Shown: piece by piece, positions 35,752 through 47,362 of the stretch
Layout: every line of letters begins with the position of its first letter
How positions within the stretch are numbered: the stretch's first letter is position 1
Made by a program: the position numbers and the translations under genes
Notes under the pieces: generated by a model
Told to the model about the DNA's origin: nothing
What the model saw: the letters and a program-made list of their open reading frames with translations, nothing else
Database searches by the model: none
Origin: Vitrella brassicaformis CCMP3155
Lineage: Eukaryota > Protista > Chromerida
Direction: 5' to 3'
DNA length: 64,000 bases
NCBI GenBank assembly: GCA_001179505.1
Contig: CDMY01000456.1
Span: 186,001 to 250,000, forward strand

Positions 35752-36860
35752 ATTCCACATACATGGACGGACGGACGGACGGACGAGTGTGTGTGTCATC
35801 CGTGTGAATCACCTTGGCCTGTTCTGGGTGTGTATTTCTGGCCACTGCCCGAAGCCGGTCCAGCAAGTCGTTGAAGCACCGGTGCGCCATCGCCTTGGTC
35901 AGCATCTCGCCCATATCAGCCCATGTGAAGCGCTTTAAAACAAGAAAAAGACATCTGTCGACGCTTTTCTGTATGTCGGTTTGTGAGCGCACTTACCCTT
36001 CCTTCCTGGGTCGCTCTTCGAGTACCTTGCCCAACTCCGCAACCGCAGGAATCGCCAACTTGTCTGTCCCCAGCTTCACGTCGTCTGCAAGCTCTCTGCA
36101 CCCACGATTGTTGAGGTTTACTCTCTCGAGTCTGCAGCGGCCTGTCAGTTGGCAGGCACAACACAAACAGCACATCCATCCATTCACGCATGATGCAAAT
36201 GTCTCGTTTCGGCCCCTTTTAATCTCCTCAAGCTCCGCCTGTTGGTCGCGTCTCGCCCGCTCCATGGCTCCTCAAACCCCCTCCCTGGGTAGAGTCAAGC
36301 AAAAGGCAACCAGAAGATGACGCGACATCAGCTTGTATGTGCGTATGATCGATTGTGGCTTGAGGATACCTTCTCATTGCATCTCCCCCACCAGCGTCGC
36401 GAGCAGCCGCTGCACCTCCCATGACGTCTCTCGGTGGCCGCCGAAGCGGCCAAGTACATATGCGGAAACAAATAAAGAAATTACCGAATCTTGATGATCA
36501 CCTCTTCCCTGTCTTCCTCACCTACGTACCTCCGCAGACGTGGATCAAGCAGGTCCATCGGATATGGAAGATGTAGACGGTGATTTATCTGCACACAGCA
36601 GCCAAAGAATACACGGACACGATCAGTCTATTTGACAGCGCACATACCCTTTGCAGACAATGCGCTGGGATTCAGAGTCGTCATCGGCCGATCAGATATA
36701 AAATGTGGCCAGCGATCTGCACACCACCCAGCAACAGAGAAAAGAGGAGAGAAGAGAAGTATTCTGATGCATGTGTAGGCTGTTGGTCTGACTAGCAGTG
36801 ACTATGGCGGGTGCCGGTCTCCTTGGCCGGAGCGACGTACTGGACTCCAATGGAATGCAA

Positions 36861-37552
36861 TCACACACACCAGATGACGTTAGTCGCGTTTGTACACAGG
36901 TGTTCGATTACCTTCTTGCTCGCCCAGAAAGAGGTCAGCTGCAAAGCCGGCAATGCCCAGACAGGCATCTCGTGTCCGTCGATGGGTGCGGTGCGCAAGG
37001 GGGCAAAAAATGTCGATATAAAGTGTAGGCAGCCATCTGCATCATCCCCCCCCAGCAGCAACTGCATGACCTGAGACGGACGGGATCCCCAGATGGAGGT
37101 GCTCTTGGCGTCAGACATCTGGTGTGTGTTACGTGTGGTGAGTGCTCACCAGGAGGCCAAATGCGGCCCGGTGGCATGAGGCAATGGCCACTCGGATGGG
37201 CGTATGGTCACGGTGACTCGCCGCATTGATGTCGGCGCCGTTGTCAATCAGAGCCCGCATGATGGCGAGCTGCAGGCCGGGGGTCTCCCACATGGGCAAG
37301 GCGACGGGAGAGATGTCCTCGTCACCATCGCCGTCGGCTGCCATATGGACGGCACGCTGCTGTTGGTGAGATTGTCGATGCACAGCGACAGCAGCGGATA
37401 GGCGCAATAGCCACCCGTAGTGCCCGTCGCCCGCAGCCCCGGCATCACATTGGGGTCTGCTTCATGCTGCTGGATGATGCCCGTCACCTGCCGTTGGTCA
37501 GTGACGGTGCGGCGGAGGATGGCCTCGGACAGCCGTTTGCTGGCGTCACTGG
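36861..37552 (-). pseudogene. Ankyrin-repeat-type family gene fragment with a 1-nt frameshift
   Basis: SDASKRLSEAILRRTVTDQRQVTGIIQQHEADPNV...YPLLSLCIDNLTNSSVPSIW [frameshift near 37343] AADGDG...LQLAIMRALIDNGADINA...TPIRVAIA (ankyrin-like L...GADINA...TP). No own start codon found. Confidence 0.55.
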
Positions 37553-38750
37553 TGCAAGCCAGCGAATTTATTCAAAGCCGCCTTCTTTCCACGGTCTTCA
37601 GCCTGCCGCCTTTTCTTCTGTCGCCAGGCAAAGATCCTTCTGTCGACCTCCTTGGCGAGGTCCAGTGGTCGGCCCCACGGCGACCACTGAACCTCACCAG
37701 CCTTCAGTGACGAGGCCCTGAAGAGCGAAGTAACCTGACAACCAACAAGACAACACATCCATCCATCCATCTGTGTGTCATCTGAGTGTGTGTGTGTGTG
37801 TGTGTGTGCCCTCATCGACCGACCTGGGAGCAGCAGCATCTCTTTGCTATTGTTGGGCCCGTACTTGACTTTCTTGACGAGGGTGCTGAGCTGCTCGGGC
37901 CGCTCGGTACACATGTTGGTGAGGAACCCGTGACGCCCGATGAACTCCATGTGTAGCTGACCCTGGCACACACACACACACACATGAATGACCACAGCCA
38001 CATACAGGAGAGAGATTCATGTGTGTGTGTGATTCATCTGCGTGTGTGTGTCAGCTTTATGTGGGTCCCCGACTCACCAGCGCCTTCTTGAGGGCTACGT
38101 TCATGTACTGGATGGCCTCCTGCTCCAGGTCGGCAACGCGCAGCACCAGGTCTACTTGAACGCCAATTGAATCGAAAACTGCACACACCACACCACACCA
38201 CACACCAATGACATGGCTGGATGGACGCATCCATCCATCCATCCCCACCCCACCCTCCCGTCTGTCTGTATGAGTGTGTGTACTTACCGTCTGCGAGTTG
38301 CCCTGGATGGTTGAGTCGACCGCCACGGTCTTGTTGGGTGTCTTCGTGTGTCCTGACACACGAAGAGGTTCATGCCCTGATGCAGGATGGCCCCGACCTT
38401 CGCACCACCAGCAACCAATGCGTTCAGAATCTGCACACACCACACATGTACACCACACCACACCATCCATCCCACCCATCCATCCATTCATTCATTCATC
38501 CATCCCATCATCCATCTGTCTGTGTGTGTGACCTTGCGCACCTCGCTTACATTGGTGATGGGCGGCGTGATATTGACGGCGTACACCTGGATCTTGACCG
38601 ACTCGTCCACCTTGAGGCTGAACAGCGGGTTGCGCGTGGCGAGAATCTCATTCTCTTCCTCAAAATCGTCGACGTACTTGGCGATGATGTTGACGTGGTG
38701 CTTAAACTTCACTTTCCACCTCTGCCAGGCGGGGGGGACCCGTTGGCGAT
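37546..38750 (-). CDS. Hypothetical multi-exon protein, possibly degenerate
   Basis: Codon-biased exons (KFKHHVNIIAKYVDDFEEENEIL..., VFDSIGVQVDLVLRVADLEQEAIQYMNVALKKAL, GQLHMEFIGRHGFLTNM..., ...KKAALNKFAGLHQ*). No in-frame ATG and one inconsistent phase. Confidence 0.4.
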
Positions 38751-39141
38751 GCGGAAGTGGGCGATCTTCTCTCTCGCGTGTTCCTCCGCCAACGAAGCGA
38801 CAAGGAAGCCGGCAGAGAGGCAAGCCAGAGAACAGCTCGTCAGAGATTTGTCTTCTAAGCCAAAAAGCAGAAAAATTCTGTCGCTGTCTCCCGAGAATTC
38901 TCGCCAACGTCTGCAAACCCTAGACCCTTCAAGATCAAACCCTGCGCTTACGACGCTGGAGATAGAGAAAAGGAAGCGCAGCTGTGCTTCCCTGTGGGTC
39001 CACAGAACCGACAGTGCGGGAGCCGACAGTGCGTGGAAGCGTGATGACCGGGGACCTACTCATAATTGTCTTCCGCCGAAAGACATCCATCGACTCATCT
39101 GACTGACCAAGCAATTGCGCGAACTACTCTCTGCTGATCAT

Positions 39142-41356
39142 ATGAGACTGAGCTTATCACCCGCTGCCGCATTGGCTGCGGCGCTTGCCTGCTGGTGCGG
39201 ATCTTCATCAGGACGAGCCCATGGGACTGCTGACGTCAAGAAGCCCTTGAATGTGCTCGTCAGCTCCGTGCCGCTGTCGCCCATCCATTCCGTGATCGAA
39301 ATCGGGGCTGAGCTGGCGGAAAGAGGACACCATGTAAGCACGCAACAACATCAGCAGCGACCGATTCATCGATTGTCCATGTGTTGCTGGTTGCGTTGTG
39401 TCGGCTGCAGGTGAGTGTGATGAGCCTCGAGTCGGCCCGCCGCAAAGTGGAGAAGAGAGGCCTCAAGTTCATCGACCTCGGAGTTGGACCCAGCGAGGCC
39501 GACTACAGCGAACGCGTCAGAGCGGCATCCGCAAAGAACAACGTACCAACTCACAGACGGACATGCCCCGATTGTCTGTCCTGAGTCTGAGGGTGCCGTG
39601 CGCTCCTTCTTGCAGACTGGTATAGCGAACAACCTCAAGGTGATCGGCCCCTTGTTCAACCAGCTGAATGACGCCATGACCAACGGCACCAAGCGCGTCT
39701 TCCCGATTGTCGAGGAGGGCCAGCCGAAGCCGGAAGGGCTGCCTGACATAGTTGTGGCCAGCATCGGGTCTGGATACCTCTTCAAGGTCAGTCAGTCGCG
39801 AAGAGAGGCAAGACGCCGCAACAATACAATGATGGCTTGTGCTGCCTGCTCATGGTTGGTTATTTCAGGTGTGCGTGCGGTACGGCATCCCTTATGTGGT
39901 GTCCCATCCGACCTTCGCCATCGCCCCGGTGTTCACGAGCATGCCTTACGTGCCCTTCATGCAGTCGAACCTGCCGCTGCACGACGCCAACATGTGGCAG
40001 CGGCTCCTGAAGCTCGTCGTGGCGGCCATCTTCAACTTCATCCTACCCATCACCGGATACCCCATCAAGGCCGTCGACCCTGAGTGAGTCGGCGATCGAG
40101 TAGCAAAGCAAAGACACATGGGCGTGTGTGTGGCTGGTTGGTGTGTGGCGTGTGTGCAGGATGACCCGCAGAACAATGAAGATGATCCACAGTGTGCCGG
40201 GGATGGATTGGCCGTTCCATGCCCCACCACTGTTGCAATACACGGGTGCGATCCTGCGCCCCGAAACGCTCAGCCCAGCCAACCTGGAGCCACCAGTGAA
40301 AGAATGGCTGGACCGATCGGACCTGCCCGTCGTCTACGTCAGCCTGGGAACCGTCTTTGAGGTGAGTGACGGACCAACAGACATGGACCAACACGCTGGC
40401 TGCATCTTCGCCTGGGTATATGTGCAGGTCGACGCAGAGCTGGCCCGCACTATGATCCGAGGGCTGAGTCCCCTGCCAGGTCAGCAGCCGCAGTGGCGCA
40501 TCCTGTGGGCCCTCCCCAAGAACCAGTGGGACCTCCTTCCGCCTGAAGGCCAGCGGCCGGCGGCGGACCTCCTCCACATCGAGACGTGGGTCACGACCCC
40601 CGCTGCCCTGTCCCACGAGAAGGTCAAGGTCTTCCTCAGCCACTGTGGCGGCAACGGCGTGCACGAGAGCATATGGACGGGCACCCCCATCGTGGGCATG
40701 CCTTTCGCTGGTCGGTGGTTTAACATACGAGTCGAGCGATGGTGAGATGGTGAGATGCTTTTTGTTGTTGCCGTCCGTTCAGGTGACCAGCTGGACGTGT
40801 GTCGGCGTGTGGCAGCCTTTGGGGCGGGCGTGTACGTGGACCGCTTCACTGTCGACAGCGCGACCCTCCACAGAAACATAGCTGAGGTGCTGACCCAGCC
40901 GTCCTACACCTTCCGAGTGCAGCGGATGAGCGCTATCATGAAGACCTACGGCGGCGTCAAGAGAGCCGCAGGTCGGCGGGGTGGGTGACAGACACAAGCA
41001 AGAGCCAGGAGAGCGAACGGTGGTCATGTTGACCAGATTTGGTTGAGCTGGTGCATGAGCTGGGTGGCGACTTGAGCATGCTGGAGACCCCCTCTGATCG
41101 GGAGGGCTTCTTCACGGCATTCTCCCTCGACATCCTCCTAATCGCACTCATTGTGGTACGGTACACACGACAACACACGCACGACAGACAATACACACAC
41201 CCATAGAGCCTTCCTTCCCCTGTGTGCTTGACTTGATGGTGGCTGTTATGTCATGTGCTGCAGTCGTTTGTGAAGGGCATCTTGGCCGTCTACGTGTGCC
41301 GCTGGTGCTGCAGGCGGCGCACTAGAGTGGCCAGCAAGGACAAGAAAACAGCCTAG
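39142..41356 (+). CDS. UDP-glycosyltransferase (GT1; animal UGT/ceramide galactosyltransferase-like, type I ER membrane)
   Basis: Signal peptide; ELAERGHHV; VVYVSLGTV; signature WVTTPAALSHEKVKVFLSHCGGNGVHESIWTGTPIVGMPFA|GDQ; C-terminal TM (FSLDILLIALIV|SFVKGILAVYVC) and dilysine-like tail KDKKTA*. Confidence 0.9.
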
Positions 41357-41710
41357 TAAGATGTTTGCTCAAGGGCTGGCTGGCTGACCGATCGATCGAC
41401 CTCCCGACCGACACACACGCAGCACAGCACAGCCTGACTGGGCTCGGGGAGGTGGGTGCCAGGAGGGTGGGGGAGTGCCCCGACCTTGTGTAGGTAGATG
41501 GTGTTGGTATTTTTGATGTTTGCCACATTTCGTTGCTAAATGTAGGACTTGACGATGGTTTCATGTGAGTGAGTGATGTGTCTTCCTAACAACTCTTCAG
41601 ACTCGGATGCACACCCACCCGATGAAGGAGGAATGACCGACAGACAGGTACGATGTCCTTAGTCGACGCCCCATGCTCACACGCACAAACACACACACAA
41701 ACACGAATCG

Positions 41711-43595
41711 TCACACGATATTGCGCTCGAGCACTTTGGTCCGTCCCTCTATCAGTCGGTCAAAGGCAAACAGAGAGAGGTCTATCGACACCCACCTGCC
41801 ACATAAAATCAGCTCAGCTATCGCACGACCGGCAGCCGGGGCGTGCTGCAGCCCATGGCCCGAGAAACCTGCAGGCATACCGTCAGACAGCACACGACAC
41901 GACTACACTCAATGAATGCATCCCCGAGCAGTCTGCCTAACTCATCACACCCCACCCACCATTGCAGAAGAGAAGGCTGTCGACGTTCGGACTGGCACCC
42001 ATCACGGCGTTGTGGTCGTGCAGGTTCATCTCGTAATGGCCGGCCCAGCAGCTGACGCACCGGAGCGCCTCGAAGGCGGGGACGCGAGAGGCCAATGCGG
42101 GCCACACACACTCCTCAAACAGACCGTCGGGCTGAACAACGCACAGCACGATGTAACACACACCACTCGCGGCGCGCACGCACCTACGGGTCATCCTATC
42201 CTACCACGTCGAAGTCGTCTTGAAGTGCATCGACATCCTGCAGACAGACACCATCGCAAAAAAAGCGATCCGCAGTGCACCGGACACACACACACACATC
42301 CACTCATGGCTCTCGCGTACCTCATCTGGCAGCGGGGACATGCCCGTGATGAATCTGTTGTGGCCGCAGCCCTCCTTGCGGAAGTACACACCCCTCCCAG
42401 CGCTACTCGTCTGGTCCAGCACAGTCAGCGGACAGCCCTCGCTCATCCCATCCGGGCACTCAGCCACGTCCACAACGAAAATGCAGCGCTTGCGCGCCCT
42501 CACGGGCAGCGACAGGCCAGCCATCGCAGCAATGCGTGCCGCCTGGCCGCCGGCGCAGTTAACGACCGTCCCGCACGCCACCCTGCCCCCCGTCTGCAGA
42601 CACACGTGGGTAACTCGCCGATGAGATGACAATTGAGACCAGCTGGGCAGCAGGGCCGCCAGAGCCGCCTCCTTGTCGGATGCAGCCACTGGTGGATCCA
42701 TCACCAAGTCGACCACCTCGTCGCTGACGTATCTGACGCCCATTGAGATGGCCTTGTTCTTGATGGCGTGTAGGAGGCTCTCGGCGTCAAAGCTCCCCTC
42801 TCCCGATGTGCCATACGTGCCGCCCGCCAGCCCTTCTGTCGATAGCCACGGGAAGGATTTCTTGAGCCCACCGGCGTCCAGCATCGTGATGTTGCTGCAG
42901 CCGTGCTTCAGCTGGACGGCATGGTTCTCCTCGAGAGTGGGCAGGCCGGCCGGAGAGGACAAAAAGAGGTAGCCCGTTTCCCGAAAGCAGATGTCGATGG
43001 GGTCCTCGTCTGACCGGGCGAGGGCGTGTGGGGCATCTGAAAGGAAGTGGGTGCCGAATTGTGACATCGTGATGTTCTCGGGCAGGCTGAACTGGTGGCG
43101 GATGGAGGCGGCCGAGCGTGTGGTGGACGAACGGATATACGTCTTGTCACGCTCGACCACCTAAGGGAACAAGGCAACAAAGGGGCTGTCGACCCCATGG
43201 TGTGTGTTGAGTACTCGCGGACCAGTACGCGAGGCGCCATTGAGGGCATGTACTTCGCCAGAAAGTAGGCAGTAGCACTCCCCATGATGCCGCCTGCACT
43301 CACTCATTCCCACGAGTGAGTCAGCAGCACACATGTGGATGATTGGTGCTCAGCGCTTACCCCCGCAGATGACGACATCATATGTGTCGCTCTTGGCCGA
43401 GAAGCAGCGACGTCCTGCCGACCTGCTGCTGGCCCTCACCAACGCATCGCACCTGCACGAACAGACGAAGCAAAGTGAGATTGATTGATTCATTCATTCA
43501 TCTCCCTTTCTGGAGCACCACGTGCAATGCAATGCCTACCACACCAGGCATACATACCATCTTGCAGCAGTAGAGGCAGCCTGGCACCCGAGCAT
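41711..43595 (-). CDS. FOXRED1: FAD-dependent oxidoreductase, FOXRED1-like (sarcosine oxidase/DAO family), mitochondrial
   Basis: MLGCQAASTAARW|CDALVRASSRSAGRRCFSA presequence; YDVVICG|GGIMGSATAYFL; STTRSAASIRHQFSLPENI; VVNCAGGQAARIA; LPVRARKRCIFV; WAGHYEMNLHDHNAV; GFSGHGLQHAPAAGRAIAELI...ERNIV*. Confidence 0.85.
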
Positions 43596-43952
43596 CGATG
43601 AAAGATAGAGAACCGATGGAAAACGGATGCAATGGATAAAGGTGCACGCAGATCTATGCTACCCTCACTGCACTCCTTCAACCGCAAACTTGGAAGGATG
43701 CCTCAGTTGGCTTCAAGCTCGCAGTCCTCCGGCTGCTTAGGACATTTCGTGAAACCGGTCGCCATGCGGTGTCTGTTGCTGAGCACAACAGAACTCACGC
43801 CCTTTCCATCCAGTACCCTTCATCTTGCTCCTTGCGAAGCTCTGAAGATGGAGCGCAGTGACACGTTCGTTCGATAGAACGACCAGAGTGCCTTCTCTGG
43901 CCGATAGATCCTCCCTCCCTCTTGGCCTTCTTCACCTCTGCTGACCTGACCC

Positions 43953-45080
43953 ATGGACCCCGAAGACGACATCTACCAGGGCCTGGACCTCGATGGTGGT
44001 TTGGCTCGCAAGCGGCGGCGGCAGTCTGACGAGGAGTCGGGTCAGGCGACGGCCGAGGAGATGGAGGCATTGCGCGAGAAGCTGCAGGCGGCCAAGAGCC
44101 GCATCAACGCGCTGCAGAGCGAGAACCTGATTCTGGTGACCAACATGTCGTGCCTGTACATGACGGCGAGGAACGAAGTGTCGCGCAAGAACGCCAAGCT
44201 AGTGGCCAAGCGGCAGCGCATCCAGGAGCTCAAGGCGATGATAGCGCAGCTCAAGGACCGCATCAAGGAGGTCACCACCGGGGGCGCTGAGGGGGACGAC
44301 TGGGAGGCGGTGGAGATGGAGGACGAGGCACACGACGAGGCGCCCATGCCGGCCATCATGGACAGGGAGACCAGAGAGAGGGAGAGGGACAGGGACAGGG
44401 AGAGGGAGAGGGAGAGCCGGGGCAGCAGACGCGGCCGGCCGCCCCCTCTGCTGCCCTCCCCTCGTGGCAGCAGTGACATGGACATCTCCCCAACGAGCCG
44501 GCAGCAGGGCTCTGCTGCAGCCAAGCGGCCGCCGTCCACATCGCCACGCGAGCTGCCACAGGAGGAGAAGGGACTGCTGGGCGAGGCGCCCCAATACAGC
44601 CGCAGCAACTCCCTCCCGTCCCCTTCACAGCCTGCATCGGCAAAGCCAGCTCCGGCCAGGCCGTCTCGGTTTGACAGGATAGAGGCCGGGCAGCCGAAAG
44701 CCGGCCGGGATCTGACCACCACCCCTCCTTCACGACCAACGGCGGGTGCGCTTCCCTCCGATCTGCCGCTTGCGGCTGGGCTGGGCGTGCTGACCGAGTC
44801 ACCCCCGCTGAAGAAGGTCAAGAAACAGCTGGGTGATAGGAATGGCAGGGCGGATTCGCATGCTGCTGGGCCGCCTCCCCTGTTGCCATCGCCGCCGACG
44901 AAGATGGGGGGCATACCCGGGGTGGGAGGCGGGCTGCTGCCCACGCCCAAGGCCGCGTCGTCCCCTCGCAATAATGGGCGTCGGCCCATGCAGGGGGCCC
45001 GGTCGGCACACTCATCACGGGCGCCAGACTCCATTTTGGGGCCGGCTCCGAGCTCCCAGGGCAAGGAGAAGCGGCGATGA
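43953..45080 (+). CDS. Single-exon protein with FLASH/CASP8AP2-N-like coiled coil, RE/RD repeat and disordered Pro-rich tail
   Basis: LQSENLILVTNMSCLYMTARNEVSRKNAKL resembles the FLASH N-terminal motif N.SAL.KTAR.E..RKD; 375-aa ORF with strong codon bias. Confidence 0.75.
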   Translation: MDPEDDIYQGLDLDGGLARKRRRQSDEESGQATAEEMEALREKLQAAKSRINALQSENLILVTNMSCLYMTARNEVSRKNAKLVAKRQRIQELKAMIAQLKDRIKEVTTGGAEGDDWEAVEMEDEAHDEAPMPAIMDRETRERERDRDRERERESRGSRRGRPPPLLPSPRGSSDMDISPTSRQQGSAAAKRPPSTSPRELPQEEKGLLGEAPQYSRSNSLPSPSQPASAKPAPARPSRFDRIEAGQPKAGRDLTTTPPSRPTAGALPSDLPLAAGLGVLTESPPLKKVKKQLGDRNGRADSHAAGPPPLLPSPPTKMGGIPGVGGGLLPTPKAASSPRNNGRRPMQGARSAHSSRAPDSILGPAPSSQGKEKRR

Positions 45081-45802
45081 GATGGATGCGTGTCGTGGGT
45101 GGGTGGGTCTGTTATTCTGTCTATGCATAGTGATGACTAGTGATGGTGGATGGTGTGGTGTGGCTGGCCAGCTAGATTTGTGGGGAAGACCTTTCTGTGT
45201 CCATGCAGACAGACACACGTCGATGAATGCGCTTCTGGTGTATGTCGAGGCCGAATCACGGCAACGATTCAAAATTGGCAAACATGCACATGGATGGAAC
45301 ACGCCGTCCGCACGGAGGTCGACAAGCACGTGCACTGACTGCCTCCGCCTGCCTGCCGGCCCATCCATCCATCCATCCATTCAGCCATCAAGAAATGGAC
45401 AGAAAGACAGTCGTGAGCCCACCCTTTGGATGGGACAAGCCGTCCGCCCCATCATGCCATGGGACAGCCCACATCTCTGTACACTCGCCACGCGCATCGC
45501 ATCCATCACATATCGTCCGACATGCACACATGCGATCAAATCAATGCAGGTGGACTCACGCCTCTGTCTGTCGACATGAAAGGCACACGAGAGCGATCTG
45601 ACTCGAGGGTAGGCCGGGTGCGTTGGCCATTGGAGAAGGGGGGCCAGCCAGTGTGCAAAGGTGGAAACAACTGTCTGTCATGCTGCCAGCCGCCGGACAG
45701 AGGAGAGAGGCAGGCAGGGTGGCAGAATCCGATAAGTGTAGGGTGTGGTTTGTGTCACAGTAATGAGAGAGCCCCTTTTTCCATCCATCCATTCATTCAT
45801 GT

Positions 45803-46459
45803 CTACTCGTCGTCGGCTGGAAACAAAGGCAGCCAGTCGGGCAGATCAGCGCTGCTGTGTCTCTCAAAATAGTTGCGGAGCCTGTCTTCTGCGCTGCCGT
45901 TGAGCTTCCCGCCAGCCTCCCACTTGGCGTTCGGATTAGTGCGAGGGCCAGGAAAGAGGGTGCCCTCCGTGGCCGTCCCGCCCTCGAACTCGCCACTGAA
46001 GATGACCTCACACAGAGGGGGGGCATCGAAAGCGTCGCCGAACTCCTGCAGCTCCACCTCCGCCTTGCCGTGCATCTTGCCCTCCTTCCACCCGCCCTCG
46101 TACCAGAAGTGGGCCTCAGAGACGTCCTCGGTGTGCGTCCCCTGGCCGTGCGGCACCCCCTCCCTCATGTCGCCGACGTACAGCTTCTTCTCGCAGTCAC
46201 GCGTCACCACAGTGCCCATGCCGTCCGCCTTGCCGTCGCGCCGCGGGCCGAGCCAGTAGCACTCCTGGCCGTCGTACGTCACCTCCAGCGGCAGCTTCTT
46301 GATCTTGGCCTGCAGGGCGGTCTTGACCTGTTGCTCACTAAGGCGGGCACGTTTCTCCGACTCGTATGCCGCCTGTGCCTGGTCTCTCTCTCGCTTGAGT
46401 GTGTTGATGATCTCGTCCTGGGCAGCAAGCAGCTTCTGAGTGAGGTCGCCGGCGTCCAT
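45803..46459 (-). CDS. MORN-repeat protein with N-terminal coiled coil
   Basis: YWLGPRRDGKADGMGTV, YVGDMREGVPHGQGT, YEGGWKEGKMHGKA (MORN consensus Y.G.W..G..HG.G); ATG at 46459. Confidence 0.85.
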   Translation of the reverse strand: MDAGDLTQKLLAAQDEIINTLKRERDQAQAAYESEKRARLSEQQVKTALQAKIKKLPLEVTYDGQECYWLGPRRDGKADGMGTVVTRDCEKKLYVGDMREGVPHGQGTHTEDVSEAHFWYEGGWKEGKMHGKAEVELQEFGDAFDAPPLCEVIFSGEFEGGTATEGTLFPGPRTNPNAKWEAGGKLNGSAEDRLRNYFERHSSADLPDWLPLFPADDE

Positions 46460-46708
46460 TGCAGCGCACTGAGGGGCAGGGAATGCAGCAGGGAATGCAG
46501 CAGGTGCAGGGCAGAGGAGGTGGGTCTCAAGAACGAAACCTGTGCAAACAAACCGATGAATGATTGTCGTCGATGGACGATGCATGTTTTCTTTGGCCGT
46601 ACCTTAGCGCTTTGCGATGAGTGGCTGCAGCAGGCTCGGCTGGTTCTGTTTTGCGAGCCGAGTGGATCGCCCTTGAGGCGTCCCAGATCTGCCACTCACA
46701 GGGGCAGA
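46291..46708 (-). repeat. Dispersed cassette copy 1 (promoter + non-coding exon + intron + MDAGDLTQKLL coiled coil)
   Basis: Aligns by eye with 61845-62236 in inverted orientation; the 72-nt block 46591-46662 is identical to 61899-61970. Confidence 0.9.
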
Positions 46709-46719
46709 CTGAATTGAGG

Positions 46720-47330
46720 ATGCTGGCATCAGGTGTCGGTCGGCGCTCGCGCCACCCGAAGCGACGAACGGTCGTCGACAGTTTCATCAAAGGTCAAGAG
46801 GAGCCGCAAGCACAGCTGCCAAGTGCCCAGGACGGACTCGCTGGAACCCAATCGGTGACTGCCGTTGCTCTCACACATGAGGCGAAGCGATTCGGGTGAG
46901 AATGCATGAATCGAATCTGAATGCCACTCATCCATCCCATATGCCGTCATGCATGATCTGATCTGTGTGTTCTCTCTGGTTGTCATGTCAGCGGTAGTCT
47001 GTGCGTCTTCAGCAGCGATCAGTACGCCAAGAGGTTCCCCGTGGGCACCCTCGTCCGGATCACGCCCCTCGCCGCATCGGCATTCAACGGCCTCCCACAT
47101 GCGGCCGGCGAGTCGCCTGGGAAGGACAAACACGGGCAGTGCGCGTGGCGTGACCGCGAGAAGGACCGGAGCATTGTGGTCAAGGTGAGCGGCGACAGCT
47201 TCGGGCAGCTTATGGGCGGGGTGGGACTGTCGGTGCTCGACCAAGTGGCCAAGCTCATGGGACTCAAGAGAGATCTGCCGAGGCATGACGTCATGGTGAG
47301 AGGGAGGGAGGGGGTGTTTGTGTGCGGACT

Positions 47331-47362
<32 letters not shown>

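Larger units (their letters stand above)
35360..36265 (-). pseudogene. Degenerate gene fragment containing duplicated exon pieces
   Basis: Exon-like runs MERARRDQQAELEEIK..., RELADDVKLGTDKLAIPAVAELGKVLEE, VLKRFTWADMGEMLTKAMAHRCFNDLLDRL, followed by copies of segments also found at 37024-37083 and 38394-38444. No clean full-length model. Confidence 0.35.

Noticed and set aside
44042-45064. 340-aa minus-strand ORF
   Set aside because: Antisense to the FLASH-N-like gene, typical of GC-rich codon bias.
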